Shown here: positions 26,745-38,218 of the stretch, in pieces
Position numbering within the stretch: position 1 is the first letter of the stretch
Layout: each line of letters begins with the position of its first letter
NCBI GenBank assembly: GCA_964291675.2
Contig: OZ219866.1
Location: forward strand, 1,632,001 to 1,696,000
Origin: Alphaproteobacteria bacterium
GTDB lineage: Bacteria > Pseudomonadota > Alphaproteobacteria > MPNO01
DNA length: 64,000 nucleotides
Direction of reading: 5' to 3'
The notes under the pieces: model-generated
What the model saw: the letters and a program-made list of their open reading frames with translations, nothing else
Told to the model about the DNA's origin: nothing
Database searches by the model: none
Translations under genes and position numbers: made by a program

Positions 26745-28583
26745 TCACGGTGCGGGCGGGGCCTTCCCCGCCGCGATCATCGCCGCCTTTTCCGGGTTGT
26801 ACCACCAGGTGTCGACAACGCCGCGGCCGAAGCGGGGCTTGATCGCCGGGCGGTCGAACTTGTTCCAGTAGGCGATGTGGTGCACGCCCTTGAACCACTG
26901 CGGCACGGTGTAGCTGTTCCACATCAGCACCCGGTCGAGCGCGTGCACGGCGGTGGTCAGCTCCGAGCGCGTGCGCGCGGCGATGACCTTCTCGATCAAC
27001 GCATCGACGGCCGGGTCCTCGATGCCGCCGACATTGAACGACCCGGGCAGGCCGGCGCTCGCCGAGCCGAAATAGTTGCGCTGTTCGAGCCCCGGCGTCA
27101 GCGGCTGGACGAAGCGCTGGATGACGACGTCGAAGTCGTGATGGTCGGTGCGGTACTTGAAGTTCGCCGCGTCGGCGATGCGGATCGTCGCCTCGATACC
27201 CAGGCGTTTGAGATTGGCGATGTAAGGCGAGACGATCCGCGAGAACGAAGCCTCCAGCAGCAGAAACTCGATCGTCACGGGCGCGCCCGAAGGGTCCCGC
27301 AGCACGCTGTCCCTGACCCGGTATCCCGCCTCGCGCAGCAGGCGCGCGGCCTGGCGCAGCTCGCGGCGGATCTTGCCGCTGCCGTCCGTCACGCTGGCCT
27401 TGTACGGCCGGGCGAAGACCTCTTCGGGGACTTGGCCGCGCAACGGCTCGAGAAGGGCGAGCTCCGCTTCGTTCGGCGGGGCGTGGGCCGCGAGCGGGGA
27501 ATTCTCGAACATCGAGTTGGTCCGCTCGTAGAGCCCGAAGAACAGGTTCTTGTTGGTCCACTCGAAATCGAAGGCGAGATCGAGCGCGCGGCGCACGCGG
27601 CGGTCCTGGAACTTGTCGCGCCTGAGGTTGAAGAAGAAGGCCTGCACGCCGGACGGGGTCTCGTCGGGCAGCGCCTCGCGGACGATCAGCCCCTTGCGCA
27701 CCGGCGGCTTGTCGTACTGGGTTACCCAGCTCCGGGAGGTGAACTCCTCGCGAAAGTCGTACTGGCCGGCGAAGATCGCCTCGAACGCGATGTCGCGGTC
27801 GCGGTAGTAATCGACCTTGATCCGGTCGAAATTGTAGCGCCCGCGGTTGACCGGAAGATCGCGCGCCCAGTAGTCGGTCACCCGCTCATAGGTCACCGAC
27901 CGTCCGGGCTCCGCCCTGGCGACGCGATAGGGTCCGCTGGAAAGCGGCGGGGTGAAGGTCGTCCGGTCGAACGCGACCGTGGCATAGTATTTTTCCGACA
28001 GCACCGGCAGCGCCGCGAGCTGGACAGGAAGGTCGCGGTGACGCCCGGGCTTGAAGTCGAACCGCACCTTGTGACGGTCGACCGCTTCGACACCGGCCAC
28101 GTCGCGGAACAGGATGCGGAACTGCGGATGCCCCTTGGCGACCAGGGTGCGATAGGTGAAGGCCACGTCGTCGGCCGTGATCGGCGTGCCGTCGTGGAAC
28201 CGGGCCTCGGGCCTCAGCCGGAACGCGACCCAGCCGCCCGCCTCGGGGACCTCGACCGCCCGGGCGACCAGCCCGTAGAGCGCATCCGGCTCGTCCAGGG
28301 CGCGCGCCATCAGCGTGTCGAAAATGAGCGCGTTCCACGCCTCCTTCCGGCCCTTGAGGATGAAGGGGTTGAGGGTCTCGAAGGTATCGAGCCCCCAGAG
28401 CCTGAGCGTCCCGCCCTTCGGCGCGTCCGGGTTGACGTAGTCGAAATGGGTGAAGTCCGCGCCGTATTTGAGGTCGCCGAAGACCGAGACGCCGTGGCCG
28501 ATTTTGACCGTCCCGGCGAGCGCCTGGGAGGCGAACGCCGCCAGCATGGCCGCGCCGGCATGGCGAAGAAGGGCCGTCCTCAC
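26745..28583 (-). CDS. yejA: Peptide ABC transporter substrate-binding protein (YejA paralog 2)
   Basis: HFDYVNPDAPKGG, ARFHDG, SGPY, DFEWTNK; GTG start overlaps the upstream TGA. Confidence 0.88.
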   Translation of the reverse strand: MRTALLRHAGAAMLAAFASQALAGTVKIGHGVSVFGDLKYGADFTHFDYVNPDAPKGGTLRLWGLDTFETLNPFILKGRKEAWNALIFDTLMARALDEPDALYGLVARAVEVPEAGGWVAFRLRPEARFHDGTPITADDVAFTYRTLVAKGHPQFRILFRDVAGVEAVDRHKVRFDFKPGRHRDLPVQLAALPVLSEKYYATVAFDRTTFTPPLSSGPYRVARAEPGRSVTYERVTDYWARDLPVNRGRYNFDRIKVDYYRDRDIAFEAIFAGQYDFREEFTSRSWVTQYDKPPVRKGLIVREALPDETPSGVQAFFFNLRRDKFQDRRVRRALDLAFDFEWTNKNLFFGLYERTNSMFENSPLAAHAPPNEAELALLEPLRGQVPEEVFARPYKASVTDGSGKIRRELRQAARLLREAGYRVRDSVLRDPSGAPVTIEFLLLEASFSRIVSPYIANLKRLGIEATIRIADAANFKYRTDHHDFDVVIQRFVQPLTPGLEQRNYFGSASAGLPGSFNVGGIEDPAVDALIEKVIAARTRSELTTAVHALDRVLMWNSYTVPQWFKGVHHIAYWNKFDRPAIKPRFGRGVVDTWWYNPEKAAMIAAGKAPPAP

Positions 28584-30436
28584 TGCGCGCCGCCCAGCTT
28601 GCGCTTGCGCTCTTCGAGGCTCGCCGCCTTGCCCGCATCGACCCACCAGCTCATCAGGTCGTTGCCGTATTTGGGGCTCTCGGCGGGCTTGCCGAACTTG
28701 TCCCAATAGGCGATCCGGTCGAAGCGGATATGCCATTGCGGGATGACGTAGTGGTTCCACAGCAGCACGCGGTCGAGCGCGCGCGTCGCGGCGACCAGCC
28801 GGTGGCGGTCGGGTGCGGCGATCAGCTTCTCGATCAGGGCGTCGACGACCGGGTTCCGGATGCCGACCAGGTTGCGGCTGCCCTGGCGGAGGGCGGCGTC
28901 CGAGCTCCAGAAGTCGCGCTGCTCGTTGCCGGGCGAGTCCGACTGGCCCCAGCTCGCGATCGCCATATCGAAGTCGAAGCCGTTCAGCCGGTTGATGTAT
29001 TGCGACGAATCGACCACCCGGATGCGCCCCTCGATGCCGAGCCGCTTGAGGTTGCGGATGAACGGGGCGACCACCCGCTCGAAGAGGGGGCTGACCAGCA
29101 GGAACTCGATCTCCATCTTCTCGCCGCTCGCCGCATGGGTCAGCCGGCCGTCCCGGATCGTCCAGGACGCGGCCTTGAGCAGCCGGACGGCGCGGCGCAG
29201 GTTGCGCCGGACATTGCCCGACCCGTCGGTCTCGGGCGGCTTGAACTCTGTCGTGAACACCGCCTCGGGGATCTTCCCGCGAAACGGCTCCAGCAGCGCC
29301 TTCTCGGCCGGTCCGGGCGGCCCGCTGGCGGCGAGCTCGGAGTTGGAGAAGAAGCTCGTCGTCCGGCTGTACTGGCCATGGAACAGATTGCGGTTCGACC
29401 AGTTGAAGTCGAAGGCGAGCCCGATCGCCTCGCGCACCCGGATGTCCTGGAATTTCGCCCGCCGGAGGTTGAAGGCGAAGGACTGCATCCCGGTCGGCCG
29501 CGAATGGCGCACCTGTTCGGCATGCACCAGCCCCGCTCTCGCCGCGGGGAATTTGTAGCCCGTCGCCCAGTCCTTCGACGAGTTCTCCGAGCGGTAGTCG
29601 TACTCGTTCGCCTTGAAGGCTTCGAGCGCGACCGTCCGGTCGCGGTAATAGTCGATCCGGATGCGGTCGAAATTGTTCATGCCGAGATTGATCGGCAGCC
29701 GCTCGCCCCAGTAGTCCTTCACCCGCTCGAACTCGACGAACCGCCCGGGCTCGAAGCGGGCGATCCGGTAGGGCCCGCTGCCGAGCGGCGGCTCCAGCGT
29801 CGTCTGGTCGAAGGCGCGGCCCTCCCAGTAGTGCTTCGGCAGGACCGGCAACTGGCCGGTGATCTGCGGCAGCTCGCGGTTGGGCGGCCCGGTGAAATGG
29901 AACTTGACCCGATGCCGGCCGAGCCGTTCCGCCCTCGCGATGTTGCGGTAGTAGTAGCGGTAGAAGGGCTGGCCCTTCTCGCTGAGCGCGTTGAAGCTGA
30001 AGATGACGTCGTCCGCCGTCACCGGCTTGCCGTCGTGGAAGCGCGCCTCCGGCCGCAGGTTGTAGATCACGTAGGACAGGTCGTCGGGCACCTCGACCGT
30101 CGCGGCGACCAGACCGTACTCCGCCGACAGCTCGTCGCGCGGCGAGGTCATCAGGGTATCGACGACGAAGGCGAGGCTCGCGGAATCGCCCTTGACGATA
30201 TAGGGGTTGAAGCTGTCGAACGAGCCGATCGCGTGCAGCTTGATCGTCCCGCCTTTGGGCGCGTGGGGATCGACGTAGCTGCGATGCGCGAAGTCGGCAG
30301 GGTATCCGAGCTTGCCCACCAGGGTGAGGCCGTGGCTCTTGACGACTTCGGCGACGGCGGACCCGCCGCCGAGGACAAGCGCGGCAGCGGCGAGGATCCC
30401 GGCTGCCCGGGCTCCGACCCTCTGGATACTCTGCAT
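28580..30436 (-). CDS. yejA: Peptide ABC transporter substrate-binding protein (YejA paralog 1)
   Basis: Signal peptide, YVDPHAPKGG, PPLGSGPY, SPGNEQRDFW, ALDRVLLW. Confidence 0.88.
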   Translation of the reverse strand: MQSIQRVGARAAGILAAAALVLGGGSAVAEVVKSHGLTLVGKLGYPADFAHRSYVDPHAPKGGTIKLHAIGSFDSFNPYIVKGDSASLAFVVDTLMTSPRDELSAEYGLVAATVEVPDDLSYVIYNLRPEARFHDGKPVTADDVIFSFNALSEKGQPFYRYYYRNIARAERLGRHRVKFHFTGPPNRELPQITGQLPVLPKHYWEGRAFDQTTLEPPLGSGPYRIARFEPGRFVEFERVKDYWGERLPINLGMNNFDRIRIDYYRDRTVALEAFKANEYDYRSENSSKDWATGYKFPAARAGLVHAEQVRHSRPTGMQSFAFNLRRAKFQDIRVREAIGLAFDFNWSNRNLFHGQYSRTTSFFSNSELAASGPPGPAEKALLEPFRGKIPEAVFTTEFKPPETDGSGNVRRNLRRAVRLLKAASWTIRDGRLTHAASGEKMEIEFLLVSPLFERVVAPFIRNLKRLGIEGRIRVVDSSQYINRLNGFDFDMAIASWGQSDSPGNEQRDFWSSDAALRQGSRNLVGIRNPVVDALIEKLIAAPDRHRLVAATRALDRVLLWNHYVIPQWHIRFDRIAYWDKFGKPAESPKYGNDLMSWWVDAGKAASLEERKRKLGGAQ

Positions 30437-30515
30437 GCCTCCCCTCCGGGCGGTATCCGCGCGGAATGCGATTCTGTGCGCAACGCCGGGCGCGTTCAAG
30501 CGCGCCCCTGACGCC

Positions 30516-31304
30516 CTAGTTGGTGCCGCCGGCGAGCAATTCCAAGGCCGTTTCGTGAATTCGGGGATCGCCGGCCGCGATCACCCGGCCCGCCGACCGG
30601 GGGCCGAGCGCGTCCCCTGTCCAGTCGGTGATGCGTCCGCCGGCGCCCTCGACCACCGGGACCAGCGCGCAGAAATCGTAAGTCTTGAGACCGGCCTCGA
30701 CGACGAGGTCGATATGGCCCGATGCGAGCAGCCCGTAGGCGTAGCAGTCCCCGCCATAGCCGGTGCTTCGCACGCTCCGGGCAAGCCGGACGAAGGCGTC
30801 CCGGTCGGCGCCCTCGAAGAGCTCCGGCGACGTCGTGTTGAGGATGGCGCGGCCGATACGGGCGCAGCCCCGCGTGCCGATGGCCTTGCCGCAAAAGCGC
30901 GACCCGGCCCCGGCGGCGCCGACCCAGCGCTCGCCGAGGACCGGCTGGTCGATGATGCCGAGGATCGGCTTGCCGTCCCGGAGCAGCGCGATCAGCGTGC
31001 CGAATATGGGCTTGCCCGCGACGAACGCCCTGGTGCCGTCGATCGGGTCCAGCACCCAGACTTCGGGGGAGTCCGGGCGCTCATTGCCGAACTCCTCGCC
31101 GACGATGCCGTGCCCGGGGTAGCGCTCGGCGATCATCGAGCGCATCGCCCGCTCGGCCTCGCGGTCGGCGACGGTGACTGGCGAGGCATCCGCCTTGTCC
31201 TCGACCGGGAACGGCGTCCTGAAATGGCGGCGGATTTTCGCGCCGCTGGCATCGGCGAGCTCGTGGGCGAAGTCGATATAGGCCTGCGGGCAGGCGGCGG
31301 GCAT
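30516..31304 (-). CDS. hisN: Histidinol-phosphate phosphatase (inositol monophosphatase family)
   Basis: SPVTVADREAE, GEEFG, WVLDPIDGTRAF, GGDCYAY. Confidence 0.88.
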   Translation of the reverse strand: MPAACPQAYIDFAHELADASGAKIRRHFRTPFPVEDKADASPVTVADREAERAMRSMIAERYPGHGIVGEEFGNERPDSPEVWVLDPIDGTRAFVAGKPIFGTLIALLRDGKPILGIIDQPVLGERWVGAAGAGSRFCGKAIGTRGCARIGRAILNTTSPELFEGADRDAFVRLARSVRSTGYGGDCYAYGLLASGHIDLVVEAGLKTYDFCALVPVVEGAGGRITDWTGDALGPRSAGRVIAAGDPRIHETALELLAGGTN

Positions 31305-31313
31305 CGGGCGCCG

Positions 31314-31853
31314 CTAGGGAAGCGGTGCGGGGGAGTCGCTCAACGTCCGCAGATAGGCGATCACGGCGGCCCGGTCCCTGGCCTTCTTGATGCCGGCGAA
31401 GGCCATCTTGGTGCCCGGGAGCCAGGCCTTGGGCTTGGCGAGGAAGCCGCCGAGATTGTCGTAGCTCCACGTCCCGCCCTTCGCCAGCATCGCCTTGGAA
31501 TAGGAGAAGCCGGCCCGCTTGCCCGCCTCCGAATTCACGACATCCCACAGATTGGGGCCGATCTTGTTCTTGCCGCCCTTCTCCACCGTGTGACAGGCCT
31601 TGCATTTCTTGAACACTTTTACGCCCCGGGCGGTGTCCGCATCGGCCAGCAGGGTGGCGATCGGCACCGGCGGGGCGGCTTCGGCGGGCGCCTTGGCCTC
31701 CGGCTCAGGCGTTGCCAGGGCGGCGACCGCAACCTCGCCCTTGCCGCTGTCGCGCGGGTGGACGAGCGCGTTGCCGATCGTGCTGATCGCGACCAGCGCC
31801 AGGGCGAGCAGCAGTACCGCGCCGGCGATCTTGTTGGCGAGCATTTGCGACAT
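31314..31853 (-). CDS. Membrane-anchored cytochrome c (CycM/c2-like)
   Basis: N-terminal TM, CKACH heme motif, [13 protein letters not shown]. Confidence 0.93.
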   Translation of the reverse strand: MSQMLANKIAGAVLLLALALVAISTIGNALVHPRDSGKGEVAVAALATPEPEAKAPAEAAPPVPIATLLADADTARGVKVFKKCKACHTVEKGGKNKIGPNLWDVVNSEAGKRAGFSYSKAMLAKGGTWSYDNLGGFLAKPKAWLPGTKMAFAGIKKARDRAAVIAYLRTLSDSPAPLP

Positions 31854-31972
31854 GGTTCGTCTTCCTTCGGACGGCCCGGCGCTCCTCCGTCTGCCGCGAC
31901 GCCGGCGCAGGATTAGCAGAACGGGTTTCCCCTTTGCAAGCCGCAGCCGGGCGGACCCGGGAGGCGGGCGGT

Positions 31973-32001
31973 TTGACAGGGGAACGGGCGAACTCGATAC
32001 T
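31973..32001 (+). promoter_or_regulatory. Putative sigma70 promoter of pheA
   Basis: TTGACA-17 bp-GATACT, about 30 bp upstream of the ATG. Confidence 0.5.
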
Positions 32002-32031
32002 CCGCCGCCGCCGCGGCGCCGACGGAACGCC

Positions 32032-32907
32032 ATGACCGGATCCAGCAAACCCCGCAACAGCATCGCCTTCCAGGGTCTCCCGGGCGCCTATTCGGAGCTC
32101 GCCTGCCGCTCGATATTCCCGAAGATGGCGACGCTCCCCTCGGCCGCTTTCGAGGACGCTTTCGCAGCCGTGCGCGACGGGCAGGCGCGCTATGCGATGA
32201 TCCCGATAGAGAACTCGGTCGCGGGCCGCGTCGCCGACATCCACCGCCTGATGCCCGAGTCCGAGCTGTTCATCGTCGGCGAGCACTTCGTGCGGGTGAA
32301 CCATCACCTGCTGGCGCCGGAAGGCGCGACGCTGAAGACGATCCAGAGCGTGCACAGCCATGTCCACGCGCTCGGCCAGTGCCGCAAGCTGATCCGCAGG
32401 CTGAATCTCCGACCCGTGGTCCATGCCGACACCGCGGGCGCCGCCGCCGAGATCGCCGAACGCGGCGACCCCAGCCAGGCGGCGATCGGCTCGGCGCTCG
32501 CCGGCAGGGTCTACGGGCTCGCCTCGCTGGCCGCCAATATCGAGGATGCCGAGCACAACACGACGCGATTTCTGGTGCTCTCCCGGACGCCCCGACGGCG
32601 CGGCAGGGGCGACGGCACGCTGGTGACCACCTTCGTCTTCCAGGTGCGCAACGTGCCGGCGGCGCTCTACAAGGCGCTCGGCGGTTTCGCGACCAACGGG
32701 GTCAACATGACCAAGCTGGAGAGCTACATGATGGGCGGCGATTTCGCCGCGACCCAGTTCTACGCCGACATCGAGGGCGACCCGCGCGACCGCAACGTGA
32801 CCCTGGCGATGGAGGAGCTCGCCTTCTTCTCGCACCGGGTGAAGGTGCTCGGCACCTACCCCGCCGATGCGTTCCGCGCCACCAACAAGCCCCTCGACCC
32901 GGGCTGA
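32032..32907 (+). CDS. pheA: Prephenate dehydratase
   Basis: [27 protein letters not shown] domain NMTKLES. Confidence 0.95.
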   Translation: MTGSSKPRNSIAFQGLPGAYSELACRSIFPKMATLPSAAFEDAFAAVRDGQARYAMIPIENSVAGRVADIHRLMPESELFIVGEHFVRVNHHLLAPEGATLKTIQSVHSHVHALGQCRKLIRRLNLRPVVHADTAGAAAEIAERGDPSQAAIGSALAGRVYGLASLAANIEDAEHNTTRFLVLSRTPRRRGRGDGTLVTTFVFQVRNVPAALYKALGGFATNGVNMTKLESYMMGGDFAATQFYADIEGDPRDRNVTLAMEELAFFSHRVKVLGTYPADAFRATNKPLDPG

Positions 32908-32916
32908 GCGGAGGCT

Positions 32917-33825
32917 TCAGCGCCCGTACACCCAGTCGTTGATCAGGCGCCGCGCGATCGAGTCCGAGCGCGCCCGGCGCACCAGCCCGGCGCCGCCCCG
33001 CCTGAGCTCCGCCCGCGTGAACCAGCGGGCATCCTCGAGCTCGTCCGGATCGAAGGCGATCTCGCCCGACAGCGCATCGGCATAGAACCCCAGCATCAGC
33101 GAGGCCGGGAAGGGCCAGGGCTGGGAGGAGTGGTAGCGGATATTGGCGACATCGATCGCGACCTCCTCCCTCACCTCGCGGGCGACCGCCTCCTCCAGGC
33201 TCTCGCCGGGCTCGACGAAACCGGCCAGCGCGGAGTACATGCCGTCCGGCCATTCCGCCTTGCGGCCGAGCACCGCGCGGTCGCCCTCGGCGATCAGCAT
33301 GATGACCGCCGGGTCGGTGCGCGGGAAATGCGACACGCCGCAGGCGCGGTCGGTGCAGATGCGCAGATGCCCCGCCTCCCGGCTCTCGGTCGGCTGGCCG
33401 CAATTGCCGCAGAACCGGTGCCGTTCGTGCCAGTGCAGGATGCCCTTGGCGTAGGCCAGCAGCCCGCCCTGGTCGCGCGGCAGCAGCGCGCCGACGCTCC
33501 TCAGGTCGACGAAGGTGCCGCGCTCGGCGAAGGGCGGACGCGCTTGCGGGTCCTCGACATGGGACAGGTCGAAGGCGAAATGCGCCCGCCCGCCCTTGAG
33601 GCCGAGAAACACCGCATCGCGCCTCTCGTGGAGGAAGGGGCGCACTTCGCCCGGCTCGAAACAGACCGCGCGCGGGGTCTCCGCGGATCGCACGAAGGCC
33701 CGCGAGCGCCAGACCGGAAGCACGCAGGCCGCGTTGTCGAACCGGGCGTCCAGCCAGCCCTCGTCCATCCGCCGTTCGGCATGGCGCTCCAGCCCGTAAT
33801 CGGCGTAGTGGTTGGGCGCTCTCAT
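32917..33825 (-). CDS. nudC: NAD(H) pyrophosphatase
   Basis: FCGNCG zinc finger, FPRTDPAVI, Nudix GFVEPGESLEEAVAREVREE, SQPWPFP. Confidence 0.95.
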   Translation of the reverse strand: MRAPNHYADYGLERHAERRMDEGWLDARFDNAACVLPVWRSRAFVRSAETPRAVCFEPGEVRPFLHERRDAVFLGLKGGRAHFAFDLSHVEDPQARPPFAERGTFVDLRSVGALLPRDQGGLLAYAKGILHWHERHRFCGNCGQPTESREAGHLRICTDRACGVSHFPRTDPAVIMLIAEGDRAVLGRKAEWPDGMYSALAGFVEPGESLEEAVAREVREEVAIDVANIRYHSSQPWPFPASLMLGFYADALSGEIAFDPDELEDARWFTRAELRRGGAGLVRRARSDSIARRLINDWVYGR

Positions 33826-33911
33826 CGAAGCAGGGCACGGTCGTTGCGCACGGCCGGCAAACTGCCACAGCGCTCCGTGGCACGCAATTTCGATCGCTGG
33901 TATAGTGAGTT

Positions 33912-34006
33912 GGGAGGCCGGTCGCGGACGGGGCGCTCGCCAACCCGGTCAGGTCCGGAAGGAAGCAGCCGTAACGAGAAGGCTCCGGGTCGCCAGCCGG
34001 CCTCCC
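33912..34006 (+). ncRNA. ffs: Signal recognition particle 4.5S RNA
   Basis: Helix-8 motif GGTCAGGTCCGGAAGGAAGCAGCC, terminal stem GGGAGGCCGG/CCGGCCTCCC, TATAGT -10 at 33901; directly upstream of dnaX. Confidence 0.96.
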
Positions 34007-34067
34007 GCTGTTTCGACCGGTCCCATCGTTTGACATCGTCGGCAGGGCAGCACGGTTTGCGCGAGGC

Positions 34068-35759
34068 ATGAACGGCTCATCGGAAACCCGGCCCTACCGG
34101 GTGCTCGCGCGCACCTACCGGCCGAGCCGATTCTCCGACCTCGTCGGCCAGGACGCGATGGTGCGGACTCTCGCCAACGCGATCTCCTCGGGCCGGCTGG
34201 CGCATGCCTTCATCCTGACCGGCATCCGCGGCGTCGGAAAGACCACCACCGCCCGGATCATCGCGCGCGCGCTGAACTGCGTCGGGGCCGAAGGCGGCGG
34301 CGAACCGACGCCCGATCCCTGCGGAGCCTGCGAGCACTGCACGGCGATCGGCGAGGATCGCCATGTCGACGTGATCGAGATGGACGCGGCCAGCCGCACC
34401 GGGGTCGACGACATCCGGGAGCTGATCGAGGGGGTGCGCTACCGCCCGGTCTCGGCGCGTTTCAAGATCTACATCATCGACGAAGTGCACATGCTCTCGC
34501 GCAACGCCTTCAACGCGCTCCTGAAGACGCTGGAGGAGCCGCCCGAGCATGTGAAGTTCATTTTCGCGACGACCGAAATCCGCAGGGTCCCGGTGACCGT
34601 GCTGTCGCGCTGCCAGCGTTTCGACCTGCGCCGGGTGGACGGCGATACCCTGTTCGAACACCTCGGGGCGATCGCCGCGCGCGAGGGGGTGGAAGCCGCG
34701 GAGGATGCGCTGCGCCAGATCGTCCGCGCCGCCGAGGGCTCGGTGCGCGATGCGCTTTCGCTGCTCGACCAGGCGATCGCCCATGCCGCGGGCGGACAAA
34801 TCGACGGCGACCGGGTGCGCACCATGCTCGGTCTCGCCGACCGCATGCAGACGGCGGACCTCCTGGAGGCGCTGGCCCGCGGGCAGATCGCGCCCGCCCT
34901 CGCCATTTTCGACTCGCTCTACGAAGCGGGCGCCGATCCGATCGCGGTACTTCAGGACCTGCTGGAGTTCACCCACTGGCTCACCCGGCTCAACGCGGCG
35001 CCCGGGGACGCGCAGGCCGGTGGCGCGGTGTCCGATCTGGAGCTCGAGCGCGGCCGCGAGCTGGCCGCCGGGTTGTCGATACCCGTGCTGACGCGATGCT
35101 GGCAGATCCTGCTCAAGGGGGTTTCGGAAACCCAGCTTGCGGCGGACCCGCGACAGGCGGCGGAGATGGTGTTGATCCGGCTTGCCTACGCCGCCGACCT
35201 GCCGACCCCGGCGGAGATCGTCCGCGCGGTGGGCGGGGAACGGGCCGAGGCGCAACCCCCTGCGACGCCCGCGCAAGCGACCGCGCCGGAAGCGGCGCAG
35301 CCGGTCCCGGAAGACTTCGAGGCGCTGGTGGACCTGTTCAAGAGCAGGAAGGAGTTGGTGCTGCACGCCCATCTCGCCAACGACGTGGGTCTGGTCGAGT
35401 ACGCGCCCGGACGGCTGCGCTACCGGCGCGGACCGCACGCCCCGGAAGGGCTGGAGAACCGGGTTCGCCGCGCTCTCGACGACTGGACCGGGCGGCGTTG
35501 GTCGGTCGAGGCGGTCGATGGCCGGGGCGCGGCCCCGAGTCTTCGCGAACAGCACCAGGAGCGCGAGGCGGCGGAGCGCCAGCAGGCGCTCGATCATCCC
35601 GCGGTGCAGGCCGCGCTCGAAATCTTCCCGGGGGCCACGGTCGAGGGCGTTCGCAGCGTCGAGGCCGCCCCGATCCTCGGCGAAACCCCGCAGGAGCCGC
35701 CGACCGACGCCGATGACGATCCCGATGGCGAAGGCACACAGGGAGAACCGCCGCGATGA
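34068..35759 (+). CDS. dnaX: DNA polymerase III subunit gamma/tau
   Basis: [42 protein letters not shown]. Confidence 0.97.
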   Translation: MNGSSETRPYRVLARTYRPSRFSDLVGQDAMVRTLANAISSGRLAHAFILTGIRGVGKTTTARIIARALNCVGAEGGGEPTPDPCGACEHCTAIGEDRHVDVIEMDAASRTGVDDIRELIEGVRYRPVSARFKIYIIDEVHMLSRNAFNALLKTLEEPPEHVKFIFATTEIRRVPVTVLSRCQRFDLRRVDGDTLFEHLGAIAAREGVEAAEDALRQIVRAAEGSVRDALSLLDQAIAHAAGGQIDGDRVRTMLGLADRMQTADLLEALARGQIAPALAIFDSLYEAGADPIAVLQDLLEFTHWLTRLNAAPGDAQAGGAVSDLELERGRELAAGLSIPVLTRCWQILLKGVSETQLAADPRQAAEMVLIRLAYAADLPTPAEIVRAVGGERAEAQPPATPAQATAPEAAQPVPEDFEALVDLFKSRKELVLHAHLANDVGLVEYAPGRLRYRRGPHAPEGLENRVRRALDDWTGRRWSVEAVDGRGAAPSLREQHQEREAAERQQALDHPAVQAALEIFPGATVEGVRSVEAAPILGETPQEPPTDADDDPDGEGTQGEPPR

Positions 35760-36079
35760 AGAATTTCGGCCAATTGATGAAACAGGCCCAGGAAATGCAG
35801 TCCAAGATCCAGGACATGCAGTCCCGGCTGGCCGAGATCGAGGTCACCGGGCAGTCCGGCGCCGGTCTCGTCACGGTGATCATGAACGCGCGCAACGAGG
35901 TCAGGCGCGTCGGCATCGACCCGTCCTTGTTCAACGCCGAGGATGTCTCCGTGGTGGAGGATCTGATCGTCGCCGCATTCACCGATGCCAAGGGCAAGGC
36001 GGAGAGCAGGGCGGCGGAGGAAATGCAGAAGATCGCGGGCGGTCTCAACCTGCCGCCCGGTCTCAACCTGCCGTTCTGA
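35756..36079 (+). CDS. ybaB: YbaB/EbfC nucleoid-associated protein
   Basis: [23 protein letters not shown]; lies between dnaX and recR. Confidence 0.95.
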   Translation: MKNFGQLMKQAQEMQSKIQDMQSRLAEIEVTGQSGAGLVTVIMNARNEVRRVGIDPSLFNAEDVSVVEDLIVAAFTDAKGKAESRAAEEMQKIAGGLNLPPGLNLPF

Positions 36080-36101
36080 GGCTCGGCGGCGGCCCCGCGC
36101 G

Positions 36102-36701
36102 ATGGCCCTCTCCGAGATCGACCGATTGGTCCAGCTGCTGGCGAAGTTGCCGGGGCTGGGCCCGCGCTCGGCGCGGCGCGCGGCGCTGCACCTGATCGAG
36201 CGGCGGACCGGGCTGCTCGAACCCCTCGCCCAGGCGCTGGCCGCGGCCGCGGAATCGATCCGGCAATGCGGCGTCTGCGGCAATGTCGACACCGCCGATC
36301 CCTGCGCGATCTGCGCCCACGAGGCGCGCGACGGCTCGGCGATCTGCGTCGTCGAGGACGTGGCCGATCTCTGGGCGCTGGAACGGACGGCCGCCTTCAA
36401 CGGGCGTTACCACGTGCTCGGCGGCACGCTGTCGGCGCTCGACGGGCGCGGACCGGACGAGCTCAACATCGATGCGCTGGTGCGGCGGGCCGGCGCGGCG
36501 ACTGTGCGGGAGGTGATCCTTGCCACCTCGGCGACGGTCGAGGGCCAGACGACGGCGCACTACCTGACCGACCGGCTGGCGGAGTGCGGCGTGACCGTCT
36601 CGCGGCTCGCGCACGGCGTCCCGGTCGGGGGCGAGCTCGACTATCTCGACGACGGCACCCTGTCGGCGGCCCTCAGGGCGCGGCGCCCCGTCGAGTCGTG
36701 A
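36102..36701 (+). CDS. recR: Recombination protein RecR
   Basis: [12 protein letters not shown]4 zinc finger, [17 protein letters not shown]. Confidence 0.97.
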   Translation: MALSEIDRLVQLLAKLPGLGPRSARRAALHLIERRTGLLEPLAQALAAAAESIRQCGVCGNVDTADPCAICAHEARDGSAICVVEDVADLWALERTAAFNGRYHVLGGTLSALDGRGPDELNIDALVRRAGAATVREVILATSATVEGQTTAHYLTDRLAECGVTVSRLAHGVPVGGELDYLDDGTLSAALRARRPVES

Positions 36702-36779
36702 TGCGCCGCGGTTGACGGCGGGGCGGGCGCGGCATACGTAATCCGCAGCGTGCAAGCGACGGCGAGACCCGCTAATCCG

Positions 36780-37304
36780 ATGGCGAAGCTGCCCATCATC
36801 ACCGCACCCGATCCACGCCTCAGGCGCAAATGCGCGCCGGTCGAGGCGGTGGACGGGACCGTGCGCGGGCTGATGGACGACATGCTGGAGACCATGTATG
36901 CGGCGCCTGGAATCGGCCTCGCCGCGCCGCAGGTGGGAATCGCCAGGCGCGTCGTCGTCGTCGACATCTCGCGCGAGGACGAGGAGCGCACGCCCTACCG
37001 CATGGCCAACCCCGAAATCGTCGAGGCGTCCGATACTCTCGCCGAGTACGAGGAGGGCTGCCTGTCGCTGCCGCAGCACTACGAGGAGGTGGCGCGCCCC
37101 GACCGCGCCCGGATCCGCTATCTCGACGAGACCGGCGCGCGGCGGGAGATCGAGGTCGAGGGCATGCTCGCGACCTGCATGCAGCACGAGATCGACCACC
37201 TCGACGGCATCCTCTTCGTCGACCACATCTCGAAGCTCAAGCGCGACATGATTCTGCGCAAGCTCGCAAAGGCCAAGCGCGCGGAGGCTACGGCCGGCGC
37301 CTGA
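36780..37304 (+). CDS. def: Peptide deformylase
   Basis: GIGLAAPQVG, EGCLS, QHEIDHLDG. Confidence 0.97.
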   Translation: MAKLPIITAPDPRLRRKCAPVEAVDGTVRGLMDDMLETMYAAPGIGLAAPQVGIARRVVVVDISREDEERTPYRMANPEIVEASDTLAEYEEGCLSLPQHYEEVARPDRARIRYLDETGARREIEVEGMLATCMQHEIDHLDGILFVDHISKLKRDMILRKLAKAKRAEATAGA

Positions 37305-37306
37305 GC

Positions 37307-38218
37307 ATGACGGCGCTGCGCATCGTCTTCATGGGCACCCCGGCCTTCGCCGTGCCGGCCCTCGGGGCGCTGATCGCCGCCGGGCACGATGTCGCCAGCG
37401 TGTATACCCAGCCGCCGCGCCGCGCCGGGCGCGGCCAGCGCAAGCGCCTCTCGGCGGTGCACGAGGTGGCGAAACGGCACGGTCTGGCGGTGCGGCATCC
37501 GGCGCGGCTGGACGATGCCGGAGAGTTCGCAGCCCTTGCCGCCGATATCGCCGTGGTGGCGGCCTACGGGCTGATCCTGCCGGCCGCCCTTCTGGAGACG
37601 CCGCGTCTCGGGTGCGTCAACATCCACGCCTCGCTGCTGCCGCGCTGGCGGGGCGCGGCGCCGATCCAGCGTGCGCTGCTCGCCGGCGACGACGAGACCG
37701 GGATCACCGTCATGCAGATGGACGAGGGCCTCGATACCGGCGCGATCCTTGCCCAGAGGCGGCTTCCGATCGGCGCCCGGGACGACGCCGGGACGGTGCA
37801 TGACGCGCTCGCCGCGATGGGCGCGGAGCTGCTGCTGGAGACGCTCCCCGAGATCGCCGGCGGCTGCTGCCGGGCGCGGCCGCAGCCGGACGAGGGGGTC
37901 ACATACGCCGCCAGGATCGAACGCGGCGAGACGGCCATCGACTGGCGCGAACCCGCCGCCGCGGTGCATCGCCGGATTCGCGCCTTCGGCCCGGCCCCGG
38001 GGGCGTGGTTCGAGGCGCGCGGCACCCGCATCCGGGTGCTTGCCGCCCGTCCGATGCCCGAAATCGCGGCTCCGCCGGGGACGGTGGTCGACGGCGAAGG
38101 GACGGTCGCCTGCGGCGAGGGCGGGCTTCGCCTCGAACGGCTCCAGCGCGCCGGCAAGGGCGCGGTGGATGCCCGGGCGTTCCTCCGCGGCTTCCCTCTG
38201 CCGGAAGTGCTGGCGTGA
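37307..38218 (+). CDS. fmt: Methionyl-tRNA formyltransferase
   Basis: [29 protein letters not shown]. Confidence 0.97.
   Translation: MTALRIVFMGTPAFAVPALGALIAAGHDVASVYTQPPRRAGRGQRKRLSAVHEVAKRHGLAVRHPARLDDAGEFAALAADIAVVAAYGLILPAALLETPRLGCVNIHASLLPRWRGAAPIQRALLAGDDETGITVMQMDEGLDTGAILAQRRLPIGARDDAGTVHDALAAMGAELLLETLPEIAGGCCRARPQPDEGVTYAARIERGETAIDWREPAAAVHRRIRAFGPAPGAWFEARGTRIRVLAARPMPEIAAPPGTVVDGEGTVACGEGGLRLERLQRAGKGAVDARAFLRGFPLPEVLA

Noticed and set aside
33878-33892. sigma54 promoter (TGGCAC...)
   Set aside because: The -12 element reads TTCG rather than TTGC; the hexamer fits better as the -35 of the ffs promoter.
34068-35759. Programmed frameshift in dnaX
   Set aside because: No A AAA AAG-type slippery site seen.
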